This document shows, in pieces, positions 60,128 to 64,000 of a DNA stretch of 64,000 nt. The DNA comes from Opitutales bacterium (GTDB lineage Bacteria; Verrucomicrobiota; Verrucomicrobiia; Opitutales; T3Sed10-336), in assembly GCA_007130045.1 (NCBI GenBank), contig SLTG01000041.1, positions 641 through 64,640 on the forward strand, given 5' to 3'. Positions within the stretch are counted from its first letter, which is position 1; every line of letters begins with the position of its first letter. The notes below the pieces were generated by a model. It was given only the letters and a program-made list of their open reading frames with translations, was not told the origin of the DNA and did no database searches. A program made the translations under genes and the position numbers.

Positions 60128-62670
60128 TCGTTAAACTCGCGCCATCCTTGGGCATCTTGACGGCGGCGATCGAACATTCGACGGAGTTCCTCGGCCGTAC
60201 CTACACGCCGGAATTCAAGCAATTGGTTCGCTGAATCAGGATCCCGTTCTGAAACGAAATCCATCGAGCGCCGTTCGCCCACGGGCTCCCGGAGGCAAAC
60301 CATCAAGCGATCACCCTCAATTTTGTAGATCCCTTTTAAGACATGATCCCCATCGATTATATCGATCCACGCCGGATCAACCTCCGGGTTCACCACATAG
60401 GAGACAACCTCAACGATCTTATTCCCCGAATATGTCACCACGCTTCCATCGGCCAGGAAATGATAGGTCCGAGCGAATTCCGGGCTGAGCTCGGACACCG
60501 CCTCACCATTCTCATATGCCGAGACAAATTGCCACTGGCCGTGTATGGAAGATTCCGACGCTTCGGGGGTCGCAGACTCCGAATCGGGCACAGATTCATC
60601 GAGAAACTCGAGCTGAGATTGTGAGTCATGAACGGCATCCTCCTCCATGCGCACGAGTTCGCTCAAGAATTCCCAGGGACCATTGTTTAGAGCAATTTCA
60701 CCGGCCGGTGGCGCATGAACAACTTCCACGCGGGTCGGATGTCCGGGTTCGAGGGACACATTTCTGAATTCCGCCCAGGCGTAAGGACGCACCTGAAACT
60801 CGAACCTGACGATCTGGGCCAGGGGCAATCCGGAAAAAGTGGCGTTCAGGGAAGAGAAGTGAGAGGTCCCACGGCTGGAAGAATGACTGGAGATATGAGT
60901 CTCATCGTTCAGATCCACCGCGACCATGCGAAGGGAATGCACCTCGATGTTATGCGCTACCGTTACGCTCGCCGATCCGTCGATCTCGGTTTGGGAAGCG
61001 AACGCTACGGACCAGTCTCCCTCTGTTGTGACCGACGCCCCGCTGCCGGCCCTCGTCTCCGAAATCGTCCTCCATGGACCGCTCCCCGCTCCCACTCTTA
61101 TGGTAACGGCATCGGTCACGGCGGGCACCGATGCCGAAAGCGCCATGAGTTCGTAATCCGGGACGCCGGGTTTGAACCCCGCCATGTTTCCGGCTTGGCC
61201 GGAGGCGGGATCGAAAGCAACACGGAGATCCGAGCCGTCGGGGACATCGTCCCGTCGAAAAACGAATTCTCGGGGACGCTCATCGCCGTAAGGGTGCGAG
61301 CTGCCTCCCCAGGTAAAAACCGGCGGTCCATCGTACTCCGATCCATCCGGCCGCCACCAGGGTTGATCGTCCGAGGGGTGATACGATACCGCAACCAACT
61401 CAATCGATCCTTGCGGAAGCCGGGCGATGAACGGCGCCTCGGCCAGCACCTCTCCTTTCCGGTCATTATCAAAGAGAGCGGCATTCAGCCTGGCGTCATC
61501 TACGTTTTCCCCCGAGCCTGCCAGGTAGAACGCGATCAGGATAATCAATGGAAGGCCTATGATGATGCCAACCAGCCACGCCACACCGCCCGGACGACCA
61601 AGATTAATGGTCCAGCCCAACCCCGTCATTTGTTTCGGCACCCACACCCGCGAGTCGCGTTTGCTGAAATAGACGGATAACCACTTCGGACCCGTCCAAT
61701 TGTTTGGATTCCTCCACTCAGCCTGATCCGTGTCGCTCCCGGCAGCGGAAGGCGTTGAAAGCATGGTCACCGCTGTTTCCACCTCGCTCGCCTGCTGGTA
61801 GCGCCGTTCCGGCTCCTTTTCCAGCGCTTTTAAAACCACTTGGTCCAACCGAACATCGATCCGAACCCGGCTTGACGGATGGGGAAACTTCCCCAGCGGC
61901 AGCTCCCCGGTCAGCATCTCGTAAAACACCACCCCGAGCGCGTAGATGTCCGCCCGATGATCGACCTCCGCCGGACGCTCCACCTGTTCCGGGGCCATGT
62001 AGTGGGCGGTGCCCACCCGCTCCGCGTCGCCGGTCAGGTGCTCCTCCGTCTCCTTCACCTCCATCAAGCGGGCGATCCCGAAATCAGCCACTTTCACCCG
62101 TCCCTCCTTATCGATCAAAATATTCTCCGGCTTGATATCCCGGTGGATCACTTGTTTGTCGTGCGCGTACTGGAGGGCCTCGCAGATCGGCGGCACAATC
62201 GCCAAAGCCTGCTGCGGCGGTATTTTCCCCGCCCGCAACAGACTCCGCAAAGTCACCCCGTCGACCAGTTCCATGATCAAAAAGGGGAGGCCTTCGCGTT
62301 CCCCGAACTCATACACCGTGACAATGTTCGGCTGACTCAACCTGGCCAGCGTCTTTGCCTCGCGCGTGAAGCGCTCGACGAACCGCGGGTCGCCGTCGTG
62401 ACGATCGAGAATTTTAAGCGCCACCAGCCGGTCCAGCTTCGGCTGACGCGCCTTATAGACGGCGCCCATCCCGCCCGAACCGAGCACCCCCAGGATCTCC
62501 AGTTCCGGAAAGAGGCCGGCGACCTCCTCCACCGCCATCGGCTCGACCCGGCCGGGCGAAAGGGCCCCGGTTTGCATATAGAGGCTCGCCAGGCAGGCGG
62601 GGCAAATTCCCTCAGGGGCATCGGCGGGGAGTTCTTTTCCGCAACGCGGGCATTCTTTACTCTGGGTCAT
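60124..62670 (-). CDS. Transmembrane Ser/Thr protein kinase with N-terminal zinc ribbon and C-terminal lipocalin-like (TIGR03067-type) module
   Basis: CPRCGKELPADAPEGICPAC. Hanks motifs GSGGMGAVY, VALKIL, HRDIKPENIL, DFGIA, YMAPE. TM helix VAWLVGIIIGLPLIILIAFYLAG. C-terminus GQWQFVSAYENGEAV...LKGIYKIEGDRLMVCL. SD GGAGG lies 6 nt upstream of the ATG. Confidence 0.93.
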   Translation of the reverse strand: MTQSKECPRCGKELPADAPEGICPACLASLYMQTGALSPGRVEPMAVEEVAGLFPELEILGVLGSGGMGAVYKARQPKLDRLVALKILDRHDGDPRFVERFTREAKTLARLSQPNIVTVYEFGEREGLPFLIMELVDGVTLRSLLRAGKIPPQQALAIVPPICEALQYAHDKQVIHRDIKPENILIDKEGRVKVADFGIARLMEVKETEEHLTGDAERVGTAHYMAPEQVERPAEVDHRADIYALGVVFYEMLTGELPLGKFPHPSSRVRIDVRLDQVVLKALEKEPERRYQQASEVETAVTMLSTPSAAGSDTDQAEWRNPNNWTGPKWLSVYFSKRDSRVWVPKQMTGLGWTINLGRPGGVAWLVGIIIGLPLIILIAFYLAGSGENVDDARLNAALFDNDRKGEVLAEAPFIARLPQGSIELVAVSYHPSDDQPWWRPDGSEYDGPPVFTWGGSSHPYGDERPREFVFRRDDVPDGSDLRVAFDPASGQAGNMAGFKPGVPDYELMALSASVPAVTDAVTIRVGAGSGPWRTISETRAGSGASVTTEGDWSVAFASQTEIDGSASVTVAHNIEVHSLRMVAVDLNDETHISSHSSSRGTSHFSSLNATFSGLPLAQIVRFEFQVRPYAWAEFRNVSLEPGHPTRVEVVHAPPAGEIALNNGPWEFLSELVRMEEDAVHDSQSQLEFLDESVPDSESATPEASESSIHGQWQFVSAYENGEAVSELSPEFARTYHFLADGSVVTYSGNKIVEVVSYVVNPEVDPAWIDIIDGDHVLKGIYKIEGDRLMVCLREPVGERRSMDFVSERDPDSANQLLEFRRVGTAEELRRMFDRRRQDAQGWREFNE

Positions 62671-62968
62671 GATTATCCTCCACCCCTTTCTTACGGAAAT
62701 CCGTCATCATGTTACCGAAACCGCGAAGAAAATGTTCCGGGCTGGGCCGACACAATTATGATTCCCGCATCACCCGTCGAACAGACATAAAAGACCATTC
62801 GTTTCACGCAGTAGCCCCTCTTGCGGGGGTATCGTGAATCTTCTTATACCATTCGTGTCTTGAAGCGCCTCGCAGCCTCCGGGGCACCGGCCAGACACCG
62901 GCAAAAAAAAGCCCATCCACGATTTCCCCCCATGTAACTTTCGGCACCCATTAGTGTAAGGAACGGTT

Positions 62969-63289
62969 ATGAAAGGCAAGACCGAACCATGGGCGCCAAA
63001 GTGCTCCCAATGCCGTAGACACGCTTCCGCCCACTCTCAAGACTTGACCTGCGCGGCGTGCCGGGCAGCGGCCTACGTGGCGGGATTGCATAGGCCATCG
63101 ACAGCCCACCGAGACCGGCCATGGACCTACGTTTTCGGCACGCTCACGGGATTGGCAGGCGGTCTCGTGATCGCCTTGACCGTCAGCACAAAAATCTCGC
63201 TCGCCAACACGGTCGGGTTGGGACTCCTGGCAGGTGAGGCGATCGGATGTATCGTTGCAGCGATTGACAAATCCCTCCTTCGCAACTGA
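62969..63289 (+). CDS. Candidate small membrane protein with CxxC...CxxC motif
   Basis: AAGGAA SD-like element before the ATG. CSQC..(13 residues)..CAAC followed by two hydrophobic helices (FGTLTGLAGGLVIALTV, VGLGLLAGEAIGCIVAAI). The overlapping minus-strand ORF looks like noise. Confidence 0.4.
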   Translation: MKGKTEPWAPKCSQCRRHASAHSQDLTCAACRAAAYVAGLHRPSTAHRDRPWTYVFGTLTGLAGGLVIALTVSTKISLANTVGLGLLAGEAIGCIVAAIDKSLLRN

Positions 63290-63462
63290 GCCATACGGCC
63301 GTACTCCTACCGGAAGCCGAAGGGGGCTTAGGTAGAATGGCACTTACCCCGGGAGTTCCTGTGTCCCCGAATTCCGCTCTCTCTCCTCCGATCACCGCCC
63401 TCCGCCTCGGCCTCCCGATGCCCGTAACTGGCTATTTCATCCGCCCAATATTCATCCCCCGC

Positions 63463-64000
63463 CTATCTCGCCTGCTGGATCTGCACGCCACGCTGCACGT
63501 TGCGGCGCATCTGGTCGTAGGCCTCGTAGTTTAGCATTTGGATCGACTGCTGGCCTTCCCGCAAGCTGCGCTGGTAGTCGAGTTTGGCCGGTTCCGCGGG
63601 CTCCGGAGTCGGGGGCGCCCGGTCCTCCGGAGCCGCCCCCAACCACTGCTCGCCCCGATAAAAGGCATAGCGCGCATGGTCGTCCCGAGCGATCACCGTC
63701 GCCCGGCCGCGAATGGCATCGGCGATGAACAACCCGCGAAGATCGGTGTCGCCCTCGCGGAATCGCCCTCCTTCACTGCCGATCGCCTTGACATGCACAT
63801 TGGCCACCGGCCGCCTTAAGATCTCATCCCGCAAATAGACCCGCACCCGCCCGCTGACGGCGTCTTCCTGCACGTCGATGGCCAGGGGCGTCACCAATAC
63901 CATGCCGCTGGCGAAAAGGTCGTCTCCGCGCACGATCAGCAGGTAGGCCCCCTCGTCGTCGAGATCGAGGTTCAGGGTGCGGGTCTTGTCCACGTAATCG
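63463..64000 (-). CDS. C-terminal part of a larger hypothetical protein (runs off the window)
   Basis: The frame stays open to base 64000 (the listed start is a GTG). Beta-rich segment GRVRVYLRDEILRRPVANVHVKAIGSEGGRFREGDTDLRGLF resembles a carboxypeptidase-regulatory-like fold. Pro-rich linker and polar tail. Confidence 0.55.
   Translation of the reverse strand, partial: DYVDKTRTLNLDLDDEGAYLLIVRGDDLFASGMVLVTPLAIDVQEDAVSGRVRVYLRDEILRRPVANVHVKAIGSEGGRFREGDTDLRGLFIADAIRGRATVIARDDHARYAFYRGEQWLGAAPEDRAPPTPEPAEPAKLDYQRSLREGQQSIQMLNYEAYDQMRRNVQRGVQIQQAR

Overview
GC-rich bacterial chromosomal segment (roughly 60% GC by eye, not computed). I call about 55 protein genes and one tRNA-Gly(UCC). All calls come from reading the supplied translations and the DNA, plus motif recognition from memory; no searches were run. 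The lineage looks like the PVC superphylum, most likely Verrucomicrobiota (inference). The basis is a prepilin-type methylation-motif protein, a TTRWT-type ECF sigma remnant coupled to a Ser/Thr kinase with a lipocalin-like C-terminal module, a eukaryote-type UDP-sugar pyrophosphorylase, an acyl-CoA desaturase and a type III PKS. Most of the window is housekeeping: partial lipoate ligase, HAD hydrolase, murA-ruvB, SUI1/YciH, sucA-sucB-lpdA, an ABC-F ATPase, a Ca/Na antiporter, hisI, a kdsB-purS-purQ-purL-purF operon, pabB/pabC-like genes, purU-carB, rsmE, tsaD, an S41 protease, rpmB, murJ, pta, efp, thymidine phosphorylase and argS. I found no CRISPR array, transposase, integrase, rRNA or recognisable defence island. 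Many gene pairs are joined by ATGA stop/start overlaps. Long ORFs antisense to real genes are pervasive and were rejected. The best candidates for something undescribed: (1) a Ser/Thr kinase translationally coupled to a 109-aa sigma region-4-only ECF remnant at 59.8-62.7 kb; (2) a type III PKS / methyltransferase / flavoprotein / nitroreductase neighbourhood interrupted by an unknown secreted protein at 54.2-59.6 kb; (3) a receiver-AAA+-HTH regulator with degenerate GAFTGA and Walker B motifs next to an orphan PilC/GspF gene at 38.2-40.7 kb; (4) a 385-aa Arg/Ser/Pro-rich disordered protein upstream of murA; (5) an unlisted 37-aa highly basic micro-ORF; (6) a split, order-inverted Pta. None can be confirmed without database searches.
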